Assembly: GCA_043228905.1 (NCBI GenBank)
Contig: JBHGNT010000018.1
Coordinates: 8,432,001-8,496,000, forward strand
DNA from: Azolla caroliniana
Taxonomy: Eukaryota > Plantae > Polypodiophyta
Reading direction: 5' to 3'
Length of the DNA: 64,000 bases
A program made the translations under genes and the position numbers. This document shows, piece by piece, positions 1-10,899 of the stretch. The notes beneath the pieces were generated by a model. The model saw only the letters and a list, made by a program, of their open reading frames with translations, was not told the DNA's origin and made no database searches. The number at the start of each line of letters is the position of its first letter. The stretch's first letter is position 1.

Positions 1-266
1 CTCGATAGTGGTGCGGCTTTTGCACGAATTCAGAGCCAAAACGGAGGGAAATCCGTCCAATTCCTAATGGTACCGGCAAATCATGAAAGGAACAAGAGAG
101 AGCTCTTGTCCCAAACAAGAATGGATTTTTAGAGTGGACTGTTGCGGAGTGGAGAAGTGATAGTCTGAGAAGCCCTGATACCCCACACAGGAAGAAAACT
201 CTCGGAGCAAAACAAGTACGAATCGGTCCGGATGGGGCATCCACGTACACGGCCGTAACCGGAGGA

Positions 267-3200
267 ATGAAGAAAGAATACCGAAAAGTGGAGGATAAGT
301 TACGGTCGGCATCAATAATAAAAGAAGACGAAGAAATCGTGGGAATAGTCGAAGAAGTGTTCTATGGAAGCACGCTACAACGGCTTGAAGAGCTCGCGGA
401 AGATACAAGCCAGCGAAACCGGGTAATTCCGGTGGAATCGGTCGAGATGTACGAGATCATTGAGAAAATGGGGCCGGATGCGCTCTGCAAAGAAGAAGCA
501 ATGGTAAGTACGAAATACAAGACCGTGGAGAAGAAGGTGAAACCGGCCGCGGGGCCACTACCCACCGATAGCGAACAAAAGAGGAAAGAAGTCTCGGGAG
601 ATCCGACACTTCAGAAGTCCGTGGATATCGGACATGTCTTCACGAATGAGACCCGTAAGAAACTTCGGATCAACGAAGGAGGTTTCCTCTTACAAAAAGA
701 AGAAGAACGGTTTCGTGAGATGTTGGAGCAACATGGCAAAGCGTTCGCATTCACATCAAGGGAGATAGGATGCATTGATCCAAAGATAGTGGAGCCGATG
801 GTGATCTTCACAATTGACCATGTGTCGTGGAACCTGAAGCCGATTCCGGTGCCACGAGCGCATATTCCGAAAGTCATCGATTTGCTCAAGGAGAAGGTGG
901 CGATGGGGATTCTAGAGCCATCAAATGCTCCATACTCGAATCGATGGTTTATTGTTCCAAAGAAGAATGGATCACTCTGATTTATCCAAGACTTGCAACC
1001 AGTGAACAAGGTCACGATCCGGAACTCGAGGTCGGTCCGATAGTCGACGAATTTGCGGAAGCATTTGCCGGACACGCAATATACTCCATTGGAGACCTAT
1101 ACTATGGATATGACCAATTCCAACTAGTCGTGGAGAGCCGAGACATCACTACCATGCGGACACCGATAGGATTAGTCCGGATGTGTACACTACCACGAGG
1201 CGCGACGAACTCGGTCACACATATGATGAATGCAATGAACAAGTTGCTTCGAGACTGCATTCTGGAGATAACGATGTCGTTCCTAGATGACATTCCAATG
1301 AAAGGATGCGCGGTGGAAGAAAAAGATGAGACTAAGGATGATCGGGGATGCCAAAAGTTCGTAGTCGACCATATTCGTGATTGCGAGAAAGTGCTTCTAA
1401 ATTTAGAAGATGTGCACCTAACACTTTCCGGGGAGAAATCGGCATTCGGGCAAGAAGAAATATTGGTAGTCGGACATCTATGTGGGCCCTACAGCCGAAG
1501 ACCATCACCAACCAAGATCGATGTGATTCAAGCTATGAAAGAAGTATGCGAGTCACAATCCGAAGTCTAAAGGTTTCTTGGAGCATGTGCATTCTATCAC
1601 ATATGGATTCTGCACTATGCACATATTGCAGACCCACTCTATCACTTGTTGCGGAAGGGTAAGAAGTTTGAATGGAAACCGGAGCATACCAAAGCCATGA
1701 AGAAGCTCAAGAAATCACTACGGAGGGCAAAAGCACTAAAGAAGCCGAACTATGACGGACCGATCATAGTAACGGTTGACACAAGTCCAACCGGAATCGG
1801 ATGGGTCATCAATCAAGCCGACTCGGATGGTTCACGATATCCGATCCGATTCAGAGCAAAGGTTCTCAATGAAAGGCAACGCGGGTATGCACAAGTCAAA
1901 AGAGAATTATGGGGAGTCGTGTCAGCAATCAAATCGGATCGAGATTATTTGATCGGAGCCGAAGTAGTGATCGAAACGGATTGTCTTCCGATACTCGGGA
2001 TGATGCGGTGTTGCACGATACCGGATGTGGCTATGCTAAGATGGATTGCATATGTTAAGTCGCTTAACCCGGATGTTCGACACATCTCTGGAAAAGACAA
2101 CGCGGTAGAGGATATGCTATCAAGGGCGCGGTTCGGAGATGAAATAACCGAATCCGATAATGAAGAAGTTTCCAAAGACTACTTTGCTTCGGAGCACATA
2201 TGCCAGGTGAACGTAATCTGAGAATTCCGAGAAGAAGAATACAAGGGAGAAAGCTTGATGATCGGGAAGGTGCTACAAGAGATTGAGGAATCATCGGACG
2301 ATAAAGAGAAGAGAGCCAAGATCCAAAGGAAGAAGAGGCAAGTCCAAAAGTTCTTCTTGAAAAATGGATTAATATGGAGGGAACCGAAAAGACCGGATGG
2401 CATACCACTTCGGGTAGTCGGGACGAAAGAGCAACGAAACCGGATAATGTCCGAGTTTCACGGATCCGATTGGGCTACAAATCGAGGAACATGGGCAACT
2501 TTTATGAAAATCAAACAAAAATATTGGTGGAAGAATATGTACAAAGATATAGCGGAGTTCACGGAAAGTTGTGAGAAGTGTCAAATCTACTCCAGAGTTC
2601 GACACCGAGATGAGTTGCATCCGACATTCTCACCGACAATCAACTTCAAATGGATGGTCAATATTGTAGCCATGCCAATCGGGATCAGACAAAAGAAGTA
2701 CTTGGTGTTAGCTCGGGAAGATCTCACAAACCAAGTAGAAGGTCGAGCACTACGAAGGAAAATGTGTTCTGTGGTATGCCAATTTCTTTTGGAGGAGGTG
2801 TTTTGCAAGTACGGGTGCGTAGGACAAGTGATTGTGGATCGGGGAGAACTTGACTCTGACAAAGCTAGGGGATTCTTCGCCAAACATGGAGTTCGGTTAA
2901 CACTGACAACGGCATACAATCTAGAAGCCAACGGGAAGATCGAACGAGGACATAGTCCGATCGTCAAAGCACTTGCCAAAGCATGCGATGAAAGGGTGAA
3001 GGATTGGCCGCAGATGCTCCCGTATGCACTATGGGCGGATCGGACGACGCATAGCTCCGTAACTGGTTATATGCCGGCAGAACTCATGACCGGACAAGCA
3101 CCGGTAATGCCAACGGAAACCGCGATCGCGACATGGACAGTGCTTCCGTGGAAGGAAGAGATGAGCCGGGAAGAACTACTAGCGGTTCGGATACGACAAC

Positions 3201-3655
3201 TAGAGGGAAGACTAGAAGATATAGCAGAAGCAATACGCCGACAACAAGAAGCGCGATTCCGGAATAAAAGCCGGTTTGACACAAAGCACCGACTACGACT
3301 GCGGAAGATTGAAGAAGGAGATTGGGTGATTGTCTACGATAGTAGTTTGGATCATCAACATACAACGATGCGGAAGTTCGCGAAAAGGTGGTTCGGGCCA
3401 TACAAGATTCGGAAAGTTTTCGACAACGGAACTTACCGACTATGCGAGTTGGATGGAACGATACTACGAGTGCCTATAGCCTGGAAACGGGTGAAGATTT
3501 TCAAAAAGCGGACTGATGAAGAACCCTATGTGATCCTAGATAAGACCGACAAGGAGGAGCAATCGGACGAAGATCGTGGTGATGCGGAAAGCGAAGAAAG
3601 TGGATTACAACTCATAGTCGACTTAAGGCGAGAATCAGAGGAAGCTTCGGATTAA
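267..3655 (+). pseudogene. Gypsy pol (RT-RNaseH-integrase) with stops/frameshifts
   Basis: ORFs 267-980, 827-1570, 1646-2221 and 2255-3655 are collinear pol pieces separated by single stops or a frameshift. Confidence 0.92.
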
Positions 3656-3724
3656 GGTGAATAGCAAGCATTGATCGAGGACTTCGGCACATACCGGAGG
3701 ATGTGCGGGTTCGGAGGGAGCGAG

Positions 3725-4377
3725 TGTCGTAGATTGAATCACACACTACGTGAAATATGTAAAACACTATATCCGATTTAGAGTACGTATAATAAATAAA
3801 AATAAAATATTAAAAATATTTATTACGTGCATAGGGCAAGATTCGAACCATGTACCTCCACGTAGACAAACCCCAGCCTTACCACTATACTAGCATACTA
3901 TGAATTTTAAAGTTATACTAAACTTTATCCCATGTAAATATTCTATATATGCATGGTACAAAAAGTTATTCATGCATACACACTCGAGTTAAAAGAAAAG
4001 ATGGGATAGAAAGCTAATCATGCACATGCAGTGTGCATGAAAACTAAAGTTAGGAAAAGCATGATGCTTGCATGTGATAAACTTAGACTCTTCCAACACT
4101 ATATAAGGAAGAGAGAAAGATGTATAATGGTTGTTGATTTTTTATAAGGATTGATTAATACAAAATATTCGTGGGATTCACAATTTTTTACCATCTAATT
4201 CTCTCTTACAATCTAAGTATTCATTAATACATTATACTCGTGGGATTCACGAGTTTCACATCTCCATCTTGCAATCTATTCATAACAAAACCTATCTCAT
4301 ATTCTTCTCCTCCTAGTCCAAAACCTCAGCGGTTCCCACCCGACTCACGCAACAATCCGGAGCCGAAAGGCACGACA
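3725..4377 (+). repeat. 3' LTR of family A (653 bp)
   Basis: Termini TGTCGT...ACGACA; follows the PPT; TATA-like CTATATAAG at ~4099; homologous copies at 8597 (inverted) and 55482. Confidence 0.9.
3829..3898 (-). promoter_or_regulatory. tRNA-derived Pol III A-box/B-box cassette in LTR A (antisense)
   Basis: Minus strand reads TAGTATAGTGGTAAG (A box 3882-3892) ... GGTTCGAATC (B box 3840-3849), followed by T-runs; no complete cloverleaf. Confidence 0.72.
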
Positions 4378-5252
4378 CAAGTGGTGATGCATTAAACTTT
4401 TGGAATACATCTATCATTGACATTAGTGAGGTGGATATCATTGTGTATGACTTTACACTGACAGAAGTTGGATGTTTAAGGACGACAATGATAGACATGA
4501 TACAAGAGATATTACCAAGACTAGAAGATATCTCAAATTGAAGGGCACCAATTCTTCATTGGTAAAGTTTTGGGCGTGGTGAGGCATTAAACTTTTGTAA
4601 TACATCTATCATTGACATTAGTGAGGTGAATATCATTGTGTATGACTTTACACTAACAAAAGTTGGATGTTTAAGGACGACAACGATAGACATAATACAA
4701 GAGATATTACCAACACTAGAAGATATCTCAAATTGAAGGCGAACAAGGTTTAGTGCACACATTTTGGAGACACCATTTGGTGAAGACAATGATTTGATTG
4801 GTACATTTGAAAATGAGGAGGAAGAGTCACAATTGTATATTAGCTACAGTAGTGATTCTCATGAAAGGAATGATGATAGTGATGCAAATAACTCCTAAAT
4901 GTATTTTTTGTGCAACAATATGTAAAAAATTTAGACAACATTTTATCGAATGAAATAAAAAAGTTGATTGTTTTGAAATCTTTTGCTTATTATTTCGTTA
5001 GGATCTAAAATACTATTAGTTGTAATTTCTCTTGAAAAATACCCAAAGTTACTTTTCGTATTTGGCCAAAATTCGACATTTTTCAATTTTACCAAATGGT
5101 GAAAATTTTAGCTTTTTCATCAAGTTTTTCAGAACATGTGATACTGGTGTCGAGGTGTTTTGTGAAATGGCCAAAAAAGCCCCAAAATCAGACCGAAAAT
5201 TCCTTATCCTTCCATTTGTGCGCGATCCTTCCACTTGTGAACACGAACGTGT
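4378..5252 (+). mobile_element. 3' part of a Sola-like DNA transposon with a duplicated C-terminal domain
   Basis: 195-bp in-frame tandem duplication (4381/4576) encoding DIIVYDFTLT.VGCLRTT, homologous to DILVYDFSLTKIGHLRQTT at 12222-12587; acidic tail; abuts Copia gag at ~5253. Confidence 0.62.
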
Positions 5253-5467
5253 TTTTGCATATTGGGAGTACAAGATGCACCAATACCTTGTCGGCCAAGG
5301 CTATTGGGGTTACATCAAAGGAGCACAAGAAAACCAACCCAACCCGAAAGACGCCAACTACGCAACATGGGAGCAAGCGGCAAGCTGAGTGATGTATTGC
5401 TTGGTCACATGTGTCCACAACCACATGCTCAGGTACATTCGAGAAGACGAGACACCAAAGGAAGCGT

Positions 5468-6161
5468 TGTCGTGATGTTTTGTGTCCAATGGGAGAAATT
5501 GTGAAATAGTGTGGCTCCACACACATTATACACATGATTATAAATATGAAAATTAGCCTAGTGTCTGATGACATTCAAGTGCATATAGAAGGGTGCAAGC
5601 AAGATTTGAACCTTGCACTTCTAAGATAGGAAGCAATTATCTTACCACTAAAGCTACTACTAAGTGCTTTAGATTTTATATATTTCCTTCTCATATTTAG
5701 TATTCCATAGGAAACAAACATACAAAACCGTGTACACAAAACCATGGTTTTAGCCTATGGTTTTATGCATGCCACAAGGAAAACCGTGTGCCCGAAAAAA
5801 CCATGGGTTCAAGCCCATGGTTTTGTGCATGTTAGAAGGATAGATAAACCTATAAAAACCCTCGAAAGGCTTGTGTAATGGGGGGGGAATCAATGAATGG
5901 ATGAATCAAACAATCTATGTATCAAATCAAAAATTAATAATAAGAAAACTTAGTTATCTTATTGGTGATGTGTATCTATCTATCTATCTATCTTAAAAAC
6001 TTCCTCAATTTTTGTTTCTCTCTCTCTCACTCTAACCACATTAGTGCGTCATTTCAGTCGCCCATCATCCATAACCACTAGTGGATAGAGGCCCGGTGCT
6101 TGTCCGTGCTTGTGACGCGCACATTCCAACGTTTGGCACGTGTGTCACGCGCCACACGACA
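5468..6161 (+). mobile_element. Solo LTR, family B, inserted in Copia gag
   Basis: TGTCGTG...CACGACA termini; flanks GCGT/ACGT; removing it restores the gag reading KEAWENL. Confidence 0.85.
5593..5660 (-). promoter_or_regulatory. tRNA-derived A-box/B-box cassette in LTR B (antisense)
   Basis: Minus strand TAGCTTTAGTGGTAAG ... GCAAGGTTCAAATCTTGC (T-arm-like hairpin). Confidence 0.68.
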
Positions 6162-8596
6162 ACGTGGGAGAATCTACGAAAGATTTTCACCGCCAACACA
6201 ACCGCGAGAAAGCTTCAACTCCGCCAAGAGTTGAACAACATCCAACAAAGGGATATGTCCATCACGAGCTACACCTTGAAGATCAAGGAGCTTTGGGACT
6301 CGCTCGGCTCGATAAGCGTCAATGTGGACGATGATGAGATGGTGTAAATATGCCTCGGTGGCCTTGCACTATGGTTCGGCGTGATAAGGACCGTCGTATT
6401 AGCACGGGAGAATCCGCCCTCCTTCTTCGATCTTCAATCCATGTTGTTGGTCAAAGAAAACCATGTTCGAACAAGGAGCAACGCCTCGGAAGGCAACATG
6501 CTCTACATGCATTCAAACGGAGGAAGAGGACACAGCCAAGCAAGAGGCCAATTCAGCCAAGGACGAGGCGGATGAGGCCCGACTTACGAAAACAATTGCC
6601 AATTTCTGCATCAAGACGGAAGCCATCGAGGAACCTTTGGAAGAAGGGGGAGCTTCCATTCCGGTCCGAGCCAACAAAACTCAGTCGAATGTGGATATTG
6701 CTGAAAAGTCAGTCACCACGAAGAAGAGTGTCGTAAGAAGATGCGTGAGTCGGCTTCCACAAGCCGACAACTCACCAATTACGCCACCAACTCTGACTAT
6801 GACGATACTGGCAGAATGTTCGTGATGAGACATAGAGAAAATTCTATGTCGGCTTCTACTTCAACTAGTGCCTCCAGTTCGGAAGACGTATGGTTCGTCA
6901 ACTCCGGTGCCTTGAACCATATGAGATCTCATCAAGAATGGTTCTGAGAACTTCGAAAGCCAGACCGACCTGGCTATGTCAAAACTGGAGACAACACTAC
7001 GCATCCGATTCGACATATCGGCAATGTCCCATTCGGCAAAGAAGGTAACCAAACTTTTATTAGAAATGTCTTGCATGTACCAAACATTACAAAGAATTTG
7101 GTCTCCGTTGGCCAAATTGTTGAGCAAGGGATGCAAGTACGATTTAATCGAGGCGGTTGCTTCATCGAAAAAGAGGGCCGACTCATCGCTCGTGGACGAA
7201 GAGAGGGCTGAATGTTCATTCTCGACTCGCACAAGATGAAATCGGCCATGTTCGCAAAGGGCACGAAAGCTGATTCCGACATACAGTTGTGGCACAAGAG
7301 GATTGGCCATATCAACCTCCAAAAGCTCAAGGCAATGCAATCGCAAGGAGTCGTCATCAGGCTCCTGACATTCAAGGAGAAAGAGATTGAAGGTGTGTGT
7401 GCCACTTCCCAATTCAGCAAGCAACATCGGCACCCATTTCCAAAGGAGTGGAACGTGAGCAAAGGCGTACTCGACGTAATTCATTCTGATGTATGGGGTC
7501 CGGCTCATACGGCTACATTCGGTGGATGCCGATACTACGTGGCCTTCATCGATGACTTCTCCAGGCACACCTGAATCTACCCCATGCGGCAAAAGAGCGA
7601 AGTGTTCGGACACTTCCAAAAATTTAAGAATGAAATCGAGAAAGCCACGAGCCGACATGTACGATGTCTTCAATCGGATGGAGGCAAGGAGTACTTCTCC
7701 GATGAATTTTCGGCTTTTCTACGGAAAGAAGGAATTCGGCGAAAGTTTTCGTGTCAACATACGCCACAACAAAAAGGAGTCACCGAACGAAAGAATCGGA
7801 ACATCCTCAAAGTAGCATGGGCCATGATGAACGAAAAGCACCTACCAAAGTCATACTGGGCAGAAGCGGTTAACACGGCCGTATACCTCATGAATCAGTG
7901 TACGACATCGGGTGTGCACGAACTTACTCCACACGAGAAGTTTTTCGAAAAGAAGCCAAACCTATCACATGTTCGGATATTCAGCTCCATTGTATAAATA
8001 CACATCCCCGATGAGAAGCGACAAAAGCTCGACCCGAAGTCGGAGAAATGTATCCTCGTAGGATACTCACTGGAGCAAAAGAGGTACAAGTGCTATAACC
8101 CCTCAAAATGTCGTTTTCAATGAGTCCGCATCTTGGTACACACCAAAGACAACTTCGACTCCGATTCCGCTCGACCTAGAATACGCCAAAATAGAGATAG
8201 AAGCTGAAGATCGGCTCATGCGCATGTTCGAAGAAAGCATGATTATGACAAGGCTTAGTGGGCCACAAGAGCCTCCGAATGATCAAAGCACATCTCGGTC
8301 GAGTCCAAAGCTGGACAAAGGGAAGGCAAAAATGTCGGAGTATGAAGACGATCACTTCGACGGCAACGAATCGACTCACTCCCTCCATAGTGAGTTCGAA
8401 GGCCTTGACATCCGGACAAATGGAGTGAAGAAAGCCTTAGTATCCGCAAACGAGAAACTCCACCGATCCACCCGTGAAAAGAACCCTCTAAGCCGATTCG
8501 GCTATAACAATTATATGGCGTAGCATTACGCCTTTATGATGAAGGTAGTAATAGTACAAGAGCCGGAAACCTTTTCGGAAGCAATGAAGGACCCGT

Positions 8597-8845
8597 TGTC
8601 GTGCCTTTCGGCACCAGATCGTTGCATGAGTCAAGAGGGAACCACTGGGGTTTTGGACTAGGAGGAGGAAGAATTTGAGACTAATTAGAATATAGATAGG
8701 TTGTAGGAAAGAGATATAGAAACCTCGTGAATCCCACGAGTGTATTGTATTAGATTAATCAATTTTAAGATAATAATATGAATTTAGATAGAAAGAGAAG
8801 GATATAGAAATCTCATGAATCCCACGAATATATTTTATTAATTGG
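8597..8845 (-). repeat. Inverted, truncated family A LTR (R-U5 part) inside Copia copy 1
   Basis: Starts TGTCGTGCCTTTCGGC, the reverse complement of the LTR A end; has two GTGAATCCCACGA-type motifs; adjacent Copia RT N-terminus is deleted. Confidence 0.85.
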
Positions 8846-10231
8846 TGTCTTTTAGAAATATATCCAAGGTGGCACCTCCATCAGATGGATGTAAAGAACG
8901 CCTTTCTTCAAGGTGAATTAGAAGAGGAGGTATACATGGTACCACCACCCATCTTCGAATCGCGTACTCATCTGAAATCCTTGTGCCGACTCAAGAAGCC
9001 ATTCTACGGCCTCAAACAAGCACCGCGTGCTTGGCATTCGAAGATTATGCAATATCTTCATCAAATTGGCTTTCAAATGTCGAAATCTGACAACTCCCTC
9101 TACGTACGAAATGATTCTAGAAGCTCGATTGTCATCATCCTATGTGTGGATGATCTGGTTATTGGAGGTGAGCATTTAGTTGACATCAACAAAGTCAAGT
9201 CCCTCCCCTCCAACAAATTCGAGATGAAGGACATGAAGGACATGAAGGAGCTCCATTACTTCCTTGGAATCGAAGTAATTTGGATTTCGACCGGCATTAT
9301 GATCTCTCAAGGGCACTACATCCTGAACTTGTTATACAAGTTCGGGATGGCTGAGTGCAAATATGTGGCAACCCCTCTCGATCGAAACCTCAAACTAGAT
9401 GTCGACTCCGGCACAGACAAGTGCGAGCCGACTCAATATCGACAACTAATCGGGAGCCTCATCTATCTCACGATCACTCGACCCGACCTCAACTATCCGG
9501 TCAGCCTCCTTAGCCAATTCATGCAAACTCCACGAGATATCCATTTTGATTGCACTAAGAGAGTATTACGATACGTGAGCGGCACAATGGATTACGGCAT
9601 CCTCTACGCATCGGCCACACCAATTCGATTCGAAGGGTACACGGATGCTAACTAGGCCGGTTATAGAGCTGATCGACGATCGACCTCTGGATTTGTCTTC
9701 TTGCTCGGTAGCAGAGCAATATCTTGGAGTAGTAAGAAGCAGCCTACCGTCGCACTTTCAAGTATGGAGACCGAATAAAGGCGCACAGTCGTAGCTGCAT
9801 GTGAATCCATATGGCTCAAGAGGATTTTGTAGGATCTAGGCGTTCCCATCAAGGATCTGACTCCCATTTACTGTGACAACATGAGCAGTATATATCTGGC
9901 TTGGAACCCGGTGTTCCACGCACACACAAAGCATATTGAAGTGCACTACCACTTCATTCGAGAGCATGTTTAGGTCGGAGATGTCGATCTTCTACACATC
10001 AACACGAATCTTCAAATAGCCGACATCTTCACCAAGGCCCTTGGAGCCAACAAGCTTCGGCAATTCATGTCAGACCTTGGATTGACGATCCCTAACTTGC
10101 CAAGCTTGAGGGGGAGTACAAGCAAGAACTGGATACCGTCCAAACCAGGTACGAGCCGAAGGGGACACCGGAGATCGTCCGAAGCGGACATCAATCGAAA
10201 GGAACCGATCCGAGTTGAGCTTGAGGGGGCG

Positions 10232-10682
10232 TGTTGAGAATCAAGCTCAACATATTGCAACGTGTGAACACACCTTTTGAGAATCTATGATTTCTCAAAG
10301 GTCGAGAGTCACACCACTACTCTCTACACATTAACTATGTGTTATAGAATCATATTCTATGACACATAACTAATGAGTTACATATTCCCCATGACTATGA
10401 ATCTTCACATTCCTTAAGAGAGAGTGGTTGTTGTAGTTAGTTAATGATGAGAGAGAGGGACTATATATAAAGCACCCTCCTTATACTTCATACTAAGTTG
10501 GTTGTGACTCCTTGTAATGCTACATTTTGTATTTCCTATTCAACTTGTGAATATACACCTTCTTCTTGAGTATTCCTTTTTCTATCTATCTTGTGTTCTC
10601 TCTTCTCTTCTCCAATTCCTCTCACACATACACATAACACACATCTCTTCCACTACACAAGAATCATACCCGATTCTTTACA
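10232..10682 (+). repeat. 3' LTR of Copia copy 1
   Basis: PPT GAGGGGGCG then TGTTGAG...CTTTACA; homologous to the LTRs at 44490 and 54286. Confidence 0.92.
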
Positions 10683-10899
10683 TAAATAATAAATGATGCC
10701 ATGTAGAGTCCAACGATGATGTGGGGCAAAGTTCGAATTTTCTTTTTTCAATCGAGCCTTTTAACTTAGGTAGACTACGAAATAATAAAGTAGTTACAAA
10801 TCATGAGGAACCTAGTTTATGTAATGTTGACGAGGATTGTGTCAATAAGCCTCTGAATTTTCAAAGAGTTCCTCGACGAGTGTTAAAAGATATAATTTT

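Larger units (their letters stand above)
1..4377 (+). mobile_element. Ty3/Gypsy LTR retrotransposon, family A (non-chromovirus, fungal-like RT); 5' end lies outside the window
   Basis: RT motifs PYSNRWFIVPKKNG, LPRGATNSV, FLDDI; RNase H VDTSPTGIGW, YAQVKRELWG; integrase with YWWKNM..CEKC zinc finger, TTAYNLEANGKIER and WFGPY; purine tract GGAGGGAGCGAG followed by an LTR. Confidence 0.93.
5253..10682 (+). mobile_element. Ty1/Copia retrotransposon copy 1 (interrupted, degenerate)
   Basis: gag WEYKMHQYLVGQGYW, protease VWFVNSGA, GAG-pre-integrase WHKRIGH, integrase HSDVWGP/SDGGKEY, RT MDVKNAFLQGELEE/YGLKQAPRAW, RNase H remnant, PPT and 3' LTR. Confidence 0.94.

Noticed and set aside
3829-3898. 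Functional tRNA gene
   Set aside because: A and B boxes are present, but acceptor and anticodon stems do not pair; the same applies to the other cassettes
6861-7673. 270-aa minus-strand ORF
   Set aside because: Shadow ORF opposite Copia integrase; no independent motifs
9223-9250. DMKDMK repeat in Copia RT as a functional insertion
   Set aside because: 9-bp slippage duplication absent from the other two copies
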